The translations under genes and the position numbers were made by a program. A stretch of 64,000 bases of DNA from NCBI GenBank assembly GCA_041738755.1, contig JBGSPE010000005.1, forward strand, positions 79,872 to 143,871, in the 5' to 3' direction. Shown one piece after another: positions 36,001-41,021 of this stretch (its first letter is position 1; the number at the start of each line of letters is the position of its first letter). Below the pieces are notes generated by a model that was given only the letters and a program-made list of their open reading frames with translations, ran no database searches and was not told the DNA's origin. The DNA comes from Minisyncoccia bacterium. Lineage in GTDB: Bacteria > Patescibacteriota > Minisyncoccia > Phycocordibacterales > UBA918.

Positions 36001-38095
36001 CAGTGACCTTCGCTTTACTGCTGGTGACGGCATTACCCCGATTCCATATTGGATTGAACGATTTACAGCCAGTACTGACGCTACCGTTTGGGTAAAGGTT
36101 CCAACCTTACCAGCTAATGGGCAAGCGGTCGTACACATGTATTACGGTAACGCTGCCGCCACAACTACTACCAGTAATGGTGCTGCGGTATTCAATGCGT
36201 TTGAAGATTTTGAACGGACGCCGCTTTCTGGCTACACCGGGGACACGGGACTATTCCAAACCGATACAGCGCCCGTGTTTGGCGGAACCTATGCCCTTGA
36301 GGCATCCAATAAGAACGGTAAGACAACCGATGGTATTTTCCGCTTTGACCGAACTGTTGCTCAAGGAGAGATTATTCGCTACATGCAGTACGTTGATATT
36401 GTTGCGGGTAGTGGTGATGAGGCGTGTACCTTGTTTGGTGTACAGTCACCCGGAACGACAAATGAAAACTACGCAGTGTGTCTTGAACAGTTTGGTACTG
36501 ACCGAATTGCACTCTCCAAAGATGTCGAAAATAATGACACCTCAGGAACCGTATTGGCTTCTAAAAACGTTACCTACAGTACTGGTTGGTACGAGGTTGA
36601 AATTGACTGGCTCACAAACGACACTATTAACGTGGCGCTCTATAACCCAGCGGGAGTTTTGACTGCAACCACTTCAGCTACTGATGCGTCATACACCTCA
36701 GGAGGAATCGGCTTTGCGTTCTGGTTCAATTACGGTGCTTGGGATAGTTACACCTCACGTGTGCGTACTGGACTTCCACCTGAAGTATTCATTGGTGCGC
36801 CACAAGGCAGAGGCGGTGCAACCTGGCGTTCAGCCCTTAATACTCCAGCTGGTGGCGTACCAGGTGAGACGTTGCGTCTGCGTATGGCGATTGAAAATTC
36901 AGGTCTTGAAGTGACGCAATCGTATCAACTTGAATATGCTCCGAAGGGCGCAGCTCCAAGTTGTGAAGCTGTCCTTCCGAGTGCCTACGAACCAGTTCCA
37001 AATCAAGCAAGTTGTGGAAGCTCTCCGGTCTGTATGCAGTCGAGTACACAGTTTGCAAGTGGCGACGCGACGACCGACTTACTCTTAGGAACCAACGGTG
37101 ACTTTGTGTCTGGTGAACTAATAGAAAGTCCAAATTCAATCACCAGCGCTTTGGTTGTTGATCAGTTCTTCTTTACTGAACTTGAGTATGCTGTAACGCC
37201 AACTATTAACGCCGCAGATGCCTATTGTTTCCGAGCTACCAACAACGGTACGCCACTTGACTTCTATAGCCGTATTCCAGAACTCGGCCTGCAGTTTGAT
37301 CCATTTGTTAATCCTGTCGACTTTAATAACGGAATGGATATCAATAATCTTACCCCTGGTACCACGACGAGAATTTACGCCTCGAGTACGGTGACAGACT
37401 TCAACGGCTTTACTGATTTGGTATCTGCTACCGCTACGGTATTTCGAACTGGAGTGGGAGCGATTTGTACACCTGATAATAATAATTGTTACGTTGAAAC
37501 TACTGATACCAGTTGTAGTTTTACTCAGTGTTCAGATAATAGCTGTGAGTTAGTCTGTGCCATTGATATCTTCTTCCACGCTGATCCAACTGATACCGGA
37601 ACATACCTAGGCGAAGAGTGGTTTGCCTTCTTGGAAGTAAGAGATGCTGCCGGTACGTTGGGCTTTAATGATAGTCAAAACGGGCTCCAGTTATTATCGG
37701 TTCGAGCAATTGATGTTGTTGGTTCAATTGATTACGGAGCCTTGGCAGTAAATGAAGATACCGGTGCCTTTAACCCATCAACCTCAATCATTAACCTCGG
37801 TAATGTACCTGTTAATATCGATGTACAAGGAACTGACTTAACTGATGGAGCGAGTTCGTTTATCCCGGCTGAACAACAGAAATTTGCGACCTCGACATTT
37901 AACTATTCACTCTGTGGTTCAAGTTGTGGCGTTGTTTCGGCTGATACACCAGTACCAATTGATGTTGACTTGATAAAGCCAACTGCTGTAACACCACCAA
38001 TCAGCGATGAGGTGTATTGGGGAATTGCCATTCCGGTCGGGACCAATAGTGTGGCTCACCAAGGAATTAACGTCTTTACCCCAATCAGTCCGTAG
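15005..38095 (+). CDS. Giant (7696-aa) multidomain cell-surface protein with a GTG start and an N-terminal signal anchor
   Basis: A single uninterrupted 23,091-nt ORF. An AGAGG RBS lies 8 nt upstream of the GTG. The N-terminus is acidic and PT/PE-rich. Modules include FN3-like domains (YYWRVRA motifs), two beta-propeller-like WDG-x-W arrays, a Gly-rich domain, three DUF2341+LamG/ConA-like modules, long beta-helix-like internal repeats and a Cys-rich C-terminal domain shared with the product of 42326. Confidence 0.85.
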   Translation: MERLKKVIQSLGTKGVIGLVLFGCFVVYAATVDRTVYVSERMLLLPGSATSAGFENPERSLIQDLGDYTLFQDFNANNSAALSEEIIFPPAPEPSNQNTDPGPTTGGTQGDGQGEPAGQTEEGGSVTPEVLPESDVEEQPEPQPDSEPTAESSPAPINETEVSEPVSSLFNNPIRNQVTGQFPYAQEATQEPVVEEPVSEAVEDLDETALGSERVETDTAVSEESVSEIDEEIVNPELESVTETPESISPSDILPEPEVTTAPDVVVSEELLEEALVESVSPQIECSSQVNCTTHSITYTDFNIPEFERGTVLNGVQLRLSLAAQTKSPEQDQIQRFVIEYSFDGEVTWSTASVIDIDEEISNSINGGFFLANLPNPPVANSLAGLAVRVSYQGDITELNEAFVEAVWLELNSGRFYEEGDPFFNTDTIDYERNLESPKFHSLHTEGLDMSLNELPSFTMDYDPQQNFLRRIFTGLFSDNTYEVGSIELVDSAGVRVEVPFEVVYHDDTTWTVEMMRQPQKMQPGKYELRLTINENDAEFVDVFEFYWGVLAVNTTKSMYAPNEAVALNLAALTDKGDTICDAELALKIIDPANEIYEVPVQQSGSCGPNNVTDISDYIADFRNTGEVGVYQILLEHKNQAGEVVHKIADSFEVRDYIPFDITRTAPTRIYPPAPYTVTLAIKANRAFTGDIVERVPRGFVFADTSGAEVTTLEEATLLTWKDVVLEEGDELTLSYVFDAPDISPYMYLLGPLDMDGFTELRQWQIASDAISAVAVLSATQTELGTNLNDATAGALIWSTSTLDAFYFSHSTGTTPERLFVEVDGDYLVSVALPLERTDTTDTRTRVGFEVRVNGAVIPQAISRSGYMKNQISNGNRQGESSSNGSFLLTGLSEGDYIEVYAQGLTTSFNNVIVSGQASLYVEHITPATGVFAATATSTTNSANLNQATAFPLRWTETRQDTGFVHSDTINPENIIISEPGTYLVYANVPLFSTVTQHRNVLGRVTLGGVQVPNGIFSQGYHNVSNSNDFNASIHFSGIVVATTTDQVLTITTEQESSAGTTVIPTGFEGSIYIQKLPTDDVIALRGQDPIGGTNWNVSPAQAIGWNTQDQYDSTTFTHSTGVNNDQIIINEAGDYVLVYNDALFTTTGNAANVITVTKNGVAVAGAQTKTHHISAGTGHNDSSGSLTFTLEGLVPTDVIRVTTIQEGANATINDRADASLLIWKKRELNFRPGEPTMFDTPFDNIRFASTTPYFDFAATDPDGTSNVVYEFTISTTSDFSTSVTRISDTDAGFVNTASSTDASPFTEGERIRFQLQPGDALQNNTTYYWRVRAKDVTGSAEFGDWSTTQSLTVDVTVEVPNWHQTTDAQLLSNQLTGVASAEGDGAVVDIVENTEAILVYGEKTDTLLKYRFWDGLAWTAETNGPDLGGQIFWAETSAGNIRDEYVGIFLTADGDTNALVYSASSSTWGSQTEFETAVNTPARRGIAVAHESVSGRAIAVSCSTGTNPNYTIWDGSSWSTPASISVGTASNCNWLKLVADPESDEMILVVKGAANNYEAVVWDGTAWGNNKTLGRAVGTNLNTDGMSAVYEASGDQALVVSSDASDAEFVYSAWNGVEWLINVNVPVTGDFENGRLVRDVGTDRIGLCMVDDQSDINAFIWDGTAWGTETQLEPLTESVQSRPFDCLFETVPGRDGNFIVAYSDSATDEYQFFDTTWSGPLDMSNMEEFWYLETVRTGDGTLLAVGMENVGIDPLRASEFNGTSWSPSTLIEADPAETNADPRSESFSLSAKRFSFAQGELLTQPIDFSFVPGQPSWGDMFFNTTEPIGTSVSVRVKYSNVGVCDAYIPNGTLPGNDVGFTVEDGPIDLSGLSTTTYNQICLEATINRSGDVSAVLNDWTLTWVREPKLIQNQYRWYVNGSFLSPVDPWPFGVNDLAENTPLGAAEAINIEQSIRLRMSLQGLNIDLPAATETFKLQYAEGLTCSPTLNWQDVGGIGSTTAVWRGFENSVVGSDWYNAAWARRVEITIPDAQVSEDLTDFPVYVDMADLPVGFFIAAKSDGSDIRITEADGITELPYDLVSYNSGTQTGELHFKADLASTTDNEFYIYYGNSGASAYAPSATYGSQNVWNNNFNLRYAMDDSPVSASPQFKDSTANGNDAITRAGSGMTSGDVVAGKIGQAINHDGNDGAFFENVLTYTGTYTISMWWRTQNIADGNGFAVASADGGANEKIGPWNTPSNGRSFIRVLPGGASDTTINHPADGTWTHVVITRDASNKVDIHFNGTANRLYGDVAQSGNSNWHNFGGDPTQGFEGDIDELRFSPVRRTNGWIATEYANQLSPIGFYDVSAEELISDGRNLPSTLLSLSDYAETYEEQNPTRENQNLIVVGNDAEWDFVLQNNLGLPNTNYCFRMVYDDGALLSTYDRYPRLITNAPPLEPDLFAPFDNEQLASTSPWFEFAVADQLDDDVSYEIVVDNNPDFSSPEITRESTADFSQFENLSAPAERGIYTPGQIIRFIPSVALANNTTYYWRVRARDDNGSGAYGPWSDGDSFTVNTATIITTWFQTTQAQFDTNDLQNTVATVSDDVRIAPTLTSGTTTGTAIRFADVDTGNAWGELLFAQDEPSGDIKYSIEYLISGNEWALIPDTDLAGNSTGFDSSGVSLANLSPITYHTIRIRASFSGTDSQPRLQSWSITWGKRIETPTVQSPFDNAKVNTTVPRLLFSTTDPQADNLEYEVQVSQSSDFGVAVTYLSAVDSGFTNQVTPADLTPFTSGEQIEYEFQTSLTDGVTYWYRVRARDPLPGENAYSDWSNARSFTVDTTATVSTWHQTTGDQFATGQTENAEFLTTEVGVTSVIRGAMVAYGESTSLNPRYRLWDGEAWSDPQTAESIDALVEWAEVKAGVTRNEYALGTLGNDGDVNVQIFNVNSGTWGNQVELSTTIANTGYRSMDITYETISGELMAVSCEGDDAVYRLWDGSNWTASTTISLTKAAACEYIELSSDPTSNEIIAVFRHLNTGSPDYEVLVWNGSSWGNSITLGDYSEAENEGIAIEYEASGDQAVVVITNGNNPSFFYNTWNGSAWSGTLTQALQNDFESGVLKKNPLSDEMALCYIDDESDLGTVFWDGAAWDTFLEHEQTANSKDGGRPVSCEFETTPGREGYLMIPYSDTVATNYTVYATSSYSGELPIGTITDTWTTQTVRTADGLILGVFLQDEGLAPADRYEFAYWNGTDWLGQETLSTVPSVTGTPFHDSIGVAAQIFPSVTNASILSTAINFEDGGSPRFEDISFSDATPGASSIEYRVYYESTPGVFSLISDSALPGNSVGFSAGTVDISTLDTDIYSVLKLEATLLCDSGDCPTLEEWTIRWSEGVSVSGLAFAYDQTTPLTEGTVAIAVNGVLQVGKTAEISASTGVQEVAFTSAGSSTWAVPAGVTDLTVKAWGAGGGGGGGGIADSGAAGGGGGFVTGTVPVTPLENLTVFVGGGGQAGLSGSPAGAAGGGGFSGVFRTSTPLTVAGGGGGGGAGSGGISYAGVGTACTVSGASCTPTIPGGTAEHDVLVAVVHSRTDTAHTCTTNCAGWTEFSSQAGGNGRLSVWYLRRGAGAPANPTFAGPATESYTARIWSFRGVARSGNPFDVISANTTQAATNPFVGASLTSTLDNVMSVFVGGTLDDNTWGPAGGTCTVPTGVDANFYAANLNGSDNSIFLCYNNHPTNTAGPLGVPTMTQVANATDVGRWFTFALRPDYTAQQAAGLGGPGGGLIGITASSSGAAAGGSGGTQSGGGTGSGGASSGSSLVGGSGGSGTSGGVGGVGGINGGGAGGSGAGATAQAGGGGAGAGYFGGGGGASANSNAVSGAGGGGGSSYVVTGASATSTQSGNGVTPGGAADPRYLLGSAIGGAGGATSSDGVAGTNGRVVVSWIGSTTPGVWSIPNINVEAGDVITVFVTGADGAREAVAVTQYNGAGDVTGMQLSERTLTLGSADNPILSNPEIGLYEFDDNEDVFFGVNAGNELQLCEDTTCLDARLRILSGTTYEPQTNGRVVNFENTGTFSPGTTTLRVSGSWKQNGIFTTAASTVIFTATTSSYTLENATSSFSFFNVTFGETSSVATWNITKPLQALGTFAIDRGTLNRGTSTITVGNNLRVGNGGVVVGIGTTTFTGGGSYVWTDLNASSTNIGNVLIDGTAKTITLGSAVLAQSITIGADDTLNASGSNFPITVLGSWVNNNSFIPQGGTVIFAGTSTTAINRGTSAFNNLSFTGVGGSWSFTTPTLALNGTLTIATGTVTLPTGTTTIGRSFTNSGGTFLHNNGEVRMTSTVAGQTITQRADSFFNAFYDLTFSGSGAWAFSETAATTTRNMSIQSGTVTFPSGTLTVGEDFLTTGTGAFAHNNGEVIFLVQGPDTASVNNSSFNNVRVRNGVASATWYNDAWLYRVPVTINESQIDGDLTNFPVYVNLDDFGTHFFTNVKANGGDIRVTQGDGVTEVPRELVSINPGTGVGELHFRANSVSSSTNSTYYIYYGNAAANDYAVTDPFGARNVWSNGYALVTHLNDLTTSTILNSAGTINGTKTSANNPLFVTTSFIYGGQDFSADAIQFNGDIIASESQYSVSLWFNPDNLGGGNAEEQSFGESLYAVSVAAPYQWLTTGGTGFPGELRLCAFENTATDCTPTSGASLVSGNWYYASVNAIGGGNTTVRINGVERLSYTNQNKGVVSDNFTIGDLRAGRNINYDGRIDEVRVANVTRTNAWQDAEYRNHATTTNFYTAGAVQTSGARTFTTVNTNILGNLILEDGGDSVFPTGVLAVGGSFDNNASFDANGGTVRFNSTAGAETIAAGSSPFATLEFNNAAGTFTVTEHATATVAINLVNATSFTLQSGQSLTTLGTFTNAIVNANTTWTGATVVFGGNNDITTSAKTYTGDSYGTIRTLGTTTARFWNSTSTVYDTVASSSIYSQDHAGVDGDLFIFGDYRRSAGSEYWSHATDFDGANIGGTPRQVDVRFESGSTFVLTNASLFMQGATSASTTVAAQSGDYTITAANATINASLFEVAQTNSSGFSLTSSTTLAQFTNGYFNVTPGRSGITIDATTVNQNPGGQYFGINFATTTAGAATNVTLTGTPASFVWFRNGSGNLYGEAFDAGDGNPGSIRFDDSSFNITISGTIYSDDGVTPMGAAICDNVTPVVAVAVDGAVVQTGTCNSANGTYSIPNINYIGDADIAVYLDTNRPGTSTIALRSQTSGVGTTNGTTGQFSVNKPASVTNGDYLVVIIGKDDTPGITPPAGWTGYTQAGTTGNVRHTGIWYKRVTDATSEPASYTFTGDVNEVFSYYSAALIGVSPSNPEDVSFAGRWQQVQNSVAPSAPSLTTQTTNSYVFSAWYVDNDNAVTMPGAPWTTRTANIVSGENNNLSISSQVVAAPGATGGVAITGVGGTAETNMAQFAFRRDVATTSSVRAVTVTKTPSANITNFDLYQSRVIVRHEDVSPMTIADMTKYQFSNDSDVQFVASSSQLTVLPNNELFVWNNKTFAPGGDVTLTGNGNSNGFEGTLQIGSGAAFVAAGSQTHTLAGRFVMRNTGSFTAASSTVIFNASTTGKSITASTTVAFNELQFNGTGGGWNITAPLTVAQNINLAAGTVTGTSNITIQNGSFFGNGVLSLGTGTTTINQTNTLGGTTPWTFANLVLGNGSSIGTTTPASTATTTILGRLTISPAHFLNAQNSSFDLAGTGVVLQESGTLLEGTGTIRYSGNGATVANTTYYNLLLEAGAGTPTYVAAGPGILVLNNLTVGGVANSTFNLSTNNASLDVNGNVTIASNGTLIASASAPLTAGGSWQNNGTFTASNGTVTFDTATSATVNPGNSSFANLNLAALGAIAITNNATATANITIASTTSFTQNSGTTLAIGNRLINQTDGSNTTWTGSTLSLYGGGQYEVNTKTGVDNYDGTLVVSGTAQPRFWNSNFGTVQNSGGGSIYSMNHAGNSGELYIYGNYNNTTYADHWSYATDFDGTVLGSPRPASVFVAGGSSVTYSSSSISVQGTSTATTTIQNQGSGTYELSLEGNTTATLRYVAPRNLAASGIEFSGTPTIVDIANADFFIQTNSASALTVAGSVINANPAKNLNINRFEAAGGVTGAINVTVTGSSVSSWRFTNEYGNRAGELYDADAGDPGEIVWTDSAALITISGSVFSDEGSSVSSVCDGSTPNIRIVVAGVTSASTTCNGSGNYSFTSVGFNANDSIIVYINGEAEKAATVTYEPISNITNMDLYENRVIVRHEGATPIAIEELAVYDSSDDGDIPFTADTVGSPDTLVLPANRKLLVWNNKQFTPNGNVTITGGGGSADYDGTLEARAGGQFIAQNSETHTIGGSLIFGSGAVFTGAQSSVVMTTDDASRVIDVNGGSFHNLSVTGPGSLAVTDTTLTVNNNFTQTNGSLSFPTGTTTIGSSFIASGGDFDINGSPLVFTSTVTGRTVTFGDSDVANVTFAGVGGAWNITDVNATATESVVINAGAVTLPSGTLTIGGDFNNASGTIAHNTSELVFTSPNPQILRARGSDLHSVRQAGVGALTMTDTNATLLGSLIISAGSVNLATGTLAVGGSLISVGGTFESATGTVLFNGVTSGLTINPGQSDFYNVQIGAPSGGYTLSSATTTNNFTLASVNNFTLSPTNVLRVEGVFTNTAVGANTTWTGSTLVLGSGTSYSVNTRISTGDFYENLILANNTDVRFWYSQATTTTVASSASLYSQDHANVNGALNVYGDFVISTTTEYWSYATDFDGTPLGGSPRKVTVRIAGNATTTMQSGGLQIVGGSGNTTDINNQGSGQYNFVVTGGTFNANQYSFANLSLQGLQFTGLPTITDLSNGYYEIAADTGSLITLSSTTLNANASKVFNNVGFNAVGPLTGFNVNLVGVTDNAWRFTNAYGNIGNEGFDVDGLDACGSIRFDDSACLLTEQTNYRWRNDDGGAGVPDSEWFNTDWDLRKRVRITNPVNQTYSSTSVKIAVAYESDMLSNFSDLRFTAGDGITPIPYWIERFTASTDATVWVKVPTLPANGQAVVHMYYGNAAATTTTSNGAAVFNAFEDFERTPLSGYTGDTGLFQTDTAPVFGGTYALEASNKNGKTTDGIFRFDRTVAQGEIIRYMQYVDIVAGSGDEACTLFGVQSPGTTNENYAVCLEQFGTDRIALSKDVENNDTSGTVLASKNVTYSTGWYEVEIDWLTNDTINVALYNPAGVLTATTSATDASYTSGGIGFAFWFNYGAWDSYTSRVRTGLPPEVFIGAPQGRGGATWRSALNTPAGGVPGETLRLRMAIENSGLEVTQSYQLEYAPKGAAPSCEAVLPSAYEPVPNQASCGSSPVCMQSSTQFASGDATTDLLLGTNGDFVSGELIESPNSITSALVVDQFFFTELEYAVTPTINAADAYCFRATNNGTPLDFYSRIPELGLQFDPFVNPVDFNNGMDINNLTPGTTTRIYASSTVTDFNGFTDLVSATATVFRTGVGAICTPDNNNCYVETTDTSCSFTQCSDNSCELVCAIDIFFHADPTDTGTYLGEEWFAFLEVRDAAGTLGFNDSQNGLQLLSVRAIDVVGSIDYGALAVNEDTGAFNPSTSIINLGNVPVNIDVQGTDLTDGASSFIPAEQQKFATSTFNYSLCGSSCGVVSADTPVPIDVDLIKPTAVTPPISDEVYWGIAIPVGTNSVAHQGINVFTPISP
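21049..22045 (+). other. DUF2341-like plus LamG/ConA-like module 1 within the giant CDS
   Basis: WYNAAWARRVEITIP...DLTDFPVYVDMADL...EFYIYYGNSGA, then a LamG-like stretch ending DELRFSPVRRTNGWIATEYANQ. Confidence 0.55.
25327..26775 (+). other. Glycine-rich domain (Gly_rich-like, PF12810-type) within the giant CDS
   Basis: AWGAGGGGGGGGIADSGAAGGGGGFVTGTVPV ... NLTVFVGGGGQAG ... GRVVVSWIG; Gly runs alternate with short beta segments. Confidence 0.5.
28275..29295 (+). other. DUF2341-like plus LamG-like module 2 within the giant CDS
   Basis: WYNDAWLYRVPVTINESQIDGDLTNFPVYVNLDDF ... TYYIYYGNAAANDYA ... DEVRVANVTRTNAWQDAEY. Confidence 0.55.
29290..35800 (+). repeat. At least three diverged long internal coding repeats (beta-helix-like GT/NT-rich units)
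   Basis: Three motif sets recur in order in units at roughly 29290-30460, 32230-33500 and 34540-35800. They are RFWNS/RFWYS, YWS(H/Y)ATDFDG and W(F/R)(R/F)(N/T)...YG(N/E)...D(A/V)(G/D)...PG(S/E)I(R/V)(F/W)(D/T)DS. A fourth partial copy begins near 27150. Confidence 0.6.
35876..36775 (+). other. DUF2341-like plus ConA/LamG-like module 3 within the giant CDS
   Basis: EWFNTDWDLRKRVRITNP ... SNFSDLRFTAGDGITPIPYWIERF ... VVHMYYGNAAA, followed by a lectin-like domain. Confidence 0.5.
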
Positions 38096-38104
38096 AGTAG
38101 TGGT

Positions 38105-39631
38105 ATGATACAACTATCTATGAAAGCAGTAGCCGCCTTTGTTCTTGGAGTTTCGCTCGCCGTTGGTGGTTCGGTGTGGGCTCAATCTTCAGATCGGGAA
38201 GCGCCAGAGATTAGTAATGTACAAATTTCAGAGGTTAATGAAACTGAAGTGACCATTACCTGGGAGACTGATGAAGAGGCAGATTCACTTATCAACTACG
38301 GACTACAACCTGATTACGGTATTTTGCGTGTGCCAGTGGCCGACCGAACCAGCCACACCATGAAAATTGAAAATCTCGAACCAGGCCGAGTATATTATTT
38401 TAGAGTTGGTTCAAGTGACCTCAATGGTAACCAAGGTATTTCGGCCGACTATCGAGTTCAGACTTCAGGCACACCTCAGACCGGTGATGGGCAGGGGACT
38501 GGTGAGTCTGACGGTGAAGGTGCCGGTGAGGGGGCCGATGAACTCCAAGGTGAAGGTAATCTTGGTCAATCACCAACCACCAATCGAATTATTGAACAGA
38601 TTAATCAGATAACAAGCCCGGAAGAACTGCAAGAGATTTTAAATGAGACCGTAAAAGCGATTGAAGGTATCACCGAAGACCTCACCATTATCGGACCTCC
38701 GACCGTAATTCCTGAAACTACTACGGCGGAAATTCGGTGGGTGACTGACCGTGAAGCTACGTCTGAAGTATTTTTCTCCCCGACAGATAGTTTTGACGGA
38801 ACAACATATCAATTCAATCAGGTTTCAACTGCCGGCAATACCACCGAACACGAAATCCAGTTAATTGGTCTTAATGCCTTTACGGACTACAGTTTCAAAG
38901 TTCAGTCGACTGATACGTTTGGAATTACTGGAGAAAGTCGTAATTTTACCTTTAAAACAAAAGCCTCAGCCCCTGATATTCGAAATCTGCGGGTGGTAAA
39001 GGTGGAAGAGAACGCTGCTACGTTGGCTTGGGAAACCTCAGTACCAGCTAAGGCGCTGGTGGAATACCAAGATCAAACCACCGGTGCTCAAAGTTCAGTG
39101 GGGCGTCCAACACTTGCCACTACGCACCAAATGCGCCTGGCTGACCTTACGCTTGGAACACGCTATGTAGCGTTTGTGACTTCTGAGAACTCTGGTGGTG
39201 ACCGGGTACGGAGTCAGCCAATTCAATTTATTACCGTCCGAGACATTGCTCCGCCTATCATCACAAATGTTACTAATGAATCAACCCTGTTCCCGGGGAG
39301 CGAATCACGAATACAAACCATTATCGAATGGGATACCGACGAACCGGCCAGTTGTCTCATGACCTATCAAGAGGGAGTGGCGGGAGGAACTGAGCCATTT
39401 ACGATTGAAAAGGAGCAAGTCCAGTACAATACGAATCATGTAGAGGTAGTCGTAGATTTTGCACCAGCAACGGTCTACCAATTTTTCTTGAATTGTGAAG
39501 ACGAAGCGGGAAATGAAATCCAATCAGAAAACTTTGTACTCTTCACTCCAATTCAAGAAAAAAATATCATTGACTTGATTATTGAAAACTTTGAAAGTAC
39601 CTTCGGTTGGGTTAAGAACATTGGTGTGTAG
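38105..39631 (+). CDS. Secreted protein with about four FN3 domains of the purple-acid-phosphatase N-terminal type
   Basis: Signal peptide present. Repeated VTITWETDEEADSLINYG, AEIRWVTDREATSEVFF and ATLAWETSVPAKALVEY patterns, with a Gly/Glu-rich linker. Confidence 0.6.
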   Translation: MIQLSMKAVAAFVLGVSLAVGGSVWAQSSDREAPEISNVQISEVNETEVTITWETDEEADSLINYGLQPDYGILRVPVADRTSHTMKIENLEPGRVYYFRVGSSDLNGNQGISADYRVQTSGTPQTGDGQGTGESDGEGAGEGADELQGEGNLGQSPTTNRIIEQINQITSPEELQEILNETVKAIEGITEDLTIIGPPTVIPETTTAEIRWVTDREATSEVFFSPTDSFDGTTYQFNQVSTAGNTTEHEIQLIGLNAFTDYSFKVQSTDTFGITGESRNFTFKTKASAPDIRNLRVVKVEENAATLAWETSVPAKALVEYQDQTTGAQSSVGRPTLATTHQMRLADLTLGTRYVAFVTSENSGGDRVRSQPIQFITVRDIAPPIITNVTNESTLFPGSESRIQTIIEWDTDEPASCLMTYQEGVAGGTEPFTIEKEQVQYNTNHVEVVVDFAPATVYQFFLNCEDEAGNEIQSENFVLFTPIQEKNIIDLIIENFESTFGWVKNIGV

Positions 39632-39688
39632 TCATGTATAGTGTGGAAGACTACAAAAGAGACCTTCAATTAATGTCATAATACTTTT

Positions 39689-41011
39689 ATGGCCAAACCG
39701 CTTATCGTCTGTCGGGATCTTTCGATTATTTACAACAAAGGTAAATCGAATGAGTTCCGAGCCTTGCAGGGGGTTAATACTGATATTTTTGAGGGAGAGT
39801 ATATTATTCTCTTTGGTGCGTCGGGCTCCGGGAAGTCTACGTTGATGTATTCCATCCAAGGATCACTTCCTCCTGGAGACGGAACCTTACTCATTCAAGG
39901 TGATGATATTTATTCGTACCCTCCCGCTGAGCGTGTCTATTTCCAACGGTATGTGATGGGGATTATTTTCCAATCGTTTAACTTGATTGGATCTTTGTCG
40001 GTCCTTGATAACGTAGCGTTACCGATGATTTTCTGTAACGTCGAGAAGACGGCTAGAAATAGACGAGCACAGTCACTCCTTGATCGGTTTGGAGTAGGGC
40101 ATGTCTCACACAAAATCCCTGCCATGCTTTCAGGAGGTCAGCAACAACGTGTATCAGTGGCTCGTTCGATGGTTAATGATCCAAGAATTCTTTTAGCCGA
40201 TGAGCCGACCGGTAACCTCGACTCGGTTTCAACGCAGCAGGTAATGGACAAAATTGACGAGATTAACACCTTTGATAGGCGAACCATTATCATGGTGTCG
40301 CACAATGCTGCGCACTTGAGTTACGCGCACCGGGTATATTATTTGAAAGACGGATTTATTGTACGTGAAGTTGTTAATCCGCAGCGTAAACAAATTAAGC
40401 CAGTACGAGAAGGGGAGACGATTGTAACCGAGCTTGAACAGCTCGCTCGACTCTTTCCGTATGACTCCGTAGAAACCCTGCGGGTTAAGAGTATGGTTAA
40501 TTTTTTGACGCAAGATTATACCTTCGACCAGATTATGAGACTTGAGCACGCCATGTCACTCTTCTTGCAGGGAAAGATTGATCGGGACGCAATGATAAAA
40601 AGTTTAGTACTACCACTTGAGCGCGGTGGAGTAGAGATTAATGAAACTGAAGCTCGGCGAATGGCATCAGTGGCTGAAAAGATGATTAGTCATGCCGATG
40701 ATATTCGTCGCTTCAGAGCTCGAAAAGATAATAACAATATCTTCTTTACCCAGCACAAATTGGCCGAGCGACTGCGAGACCACCTGACACATTTGTATCG
40801 AATCAAACTCTCCAAAGATCAGGACGAAAATCTCGTCGAGATGATAGCTGACCGAGTTACGGGGGTGATTGAAGAAGATGAGTTTAATATGCGTCTTATG
40901 CAAGGTATCAAAGCCGGTGGGTTAGGTTTCTCTGATAAAGAAGCGGATGAACTGACACGATATTTTGAGAAGATAATCGCTCAAGGAGTTGATGTGAGTT
41001 ACAAGAGTTAG
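39689..41011 (+). CDS. ABC transporter ATP-binding protein (MacB/LolD/FtsE-like) with an unusual C-terminal extension of roughly 200 aa
   Basis: Walker A GASGSGKST, signature LSGGQQQRVSVARS and Walker B ILLADEPTG are present. The core domain ends near aa 230 and the protein is 440 aa. Confidence 0.8.
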   Translation: MAKPLIVCRDLSIIYNKGKSNEFRALQGVNTDIFEGEYIILFGASGSGKSTLMYSIQGSLPPGDGTLLIQGDDIYSYPPAERVYFQRYVMGIIFQSFNLIGSLSVLDNVALPMIFCNVEKTARNRRAQSLLDRFGVGHVSHKIPAMLSGGQQQRVSVARSMVNDPRILLADEPTGNLDSVSTQQVMDKIDEINTFDRRTIIMVSHNAAHLSYAHRVYYLKDGFIVREVVNPQRKQIKPVREGETIVTELEQLARLFPYDSVETLRVKSMVNFLTQDYTFDQIMRLEHAMSLFLQGKIDRDAMIKSLVLPLERGGVEINETEARRMASVAEKMISHADDIRRFRARKDNNNIFFTQHKLAERLRDHLTHLYRIKLSKDQDENLVEMIADRVTGVIEEDEFNMRLMQGIKAGGLGFSDKEADELTRYFEKIIAQGVDVSYKS

Positions 41012-41021
41012 TGATTAGTAT

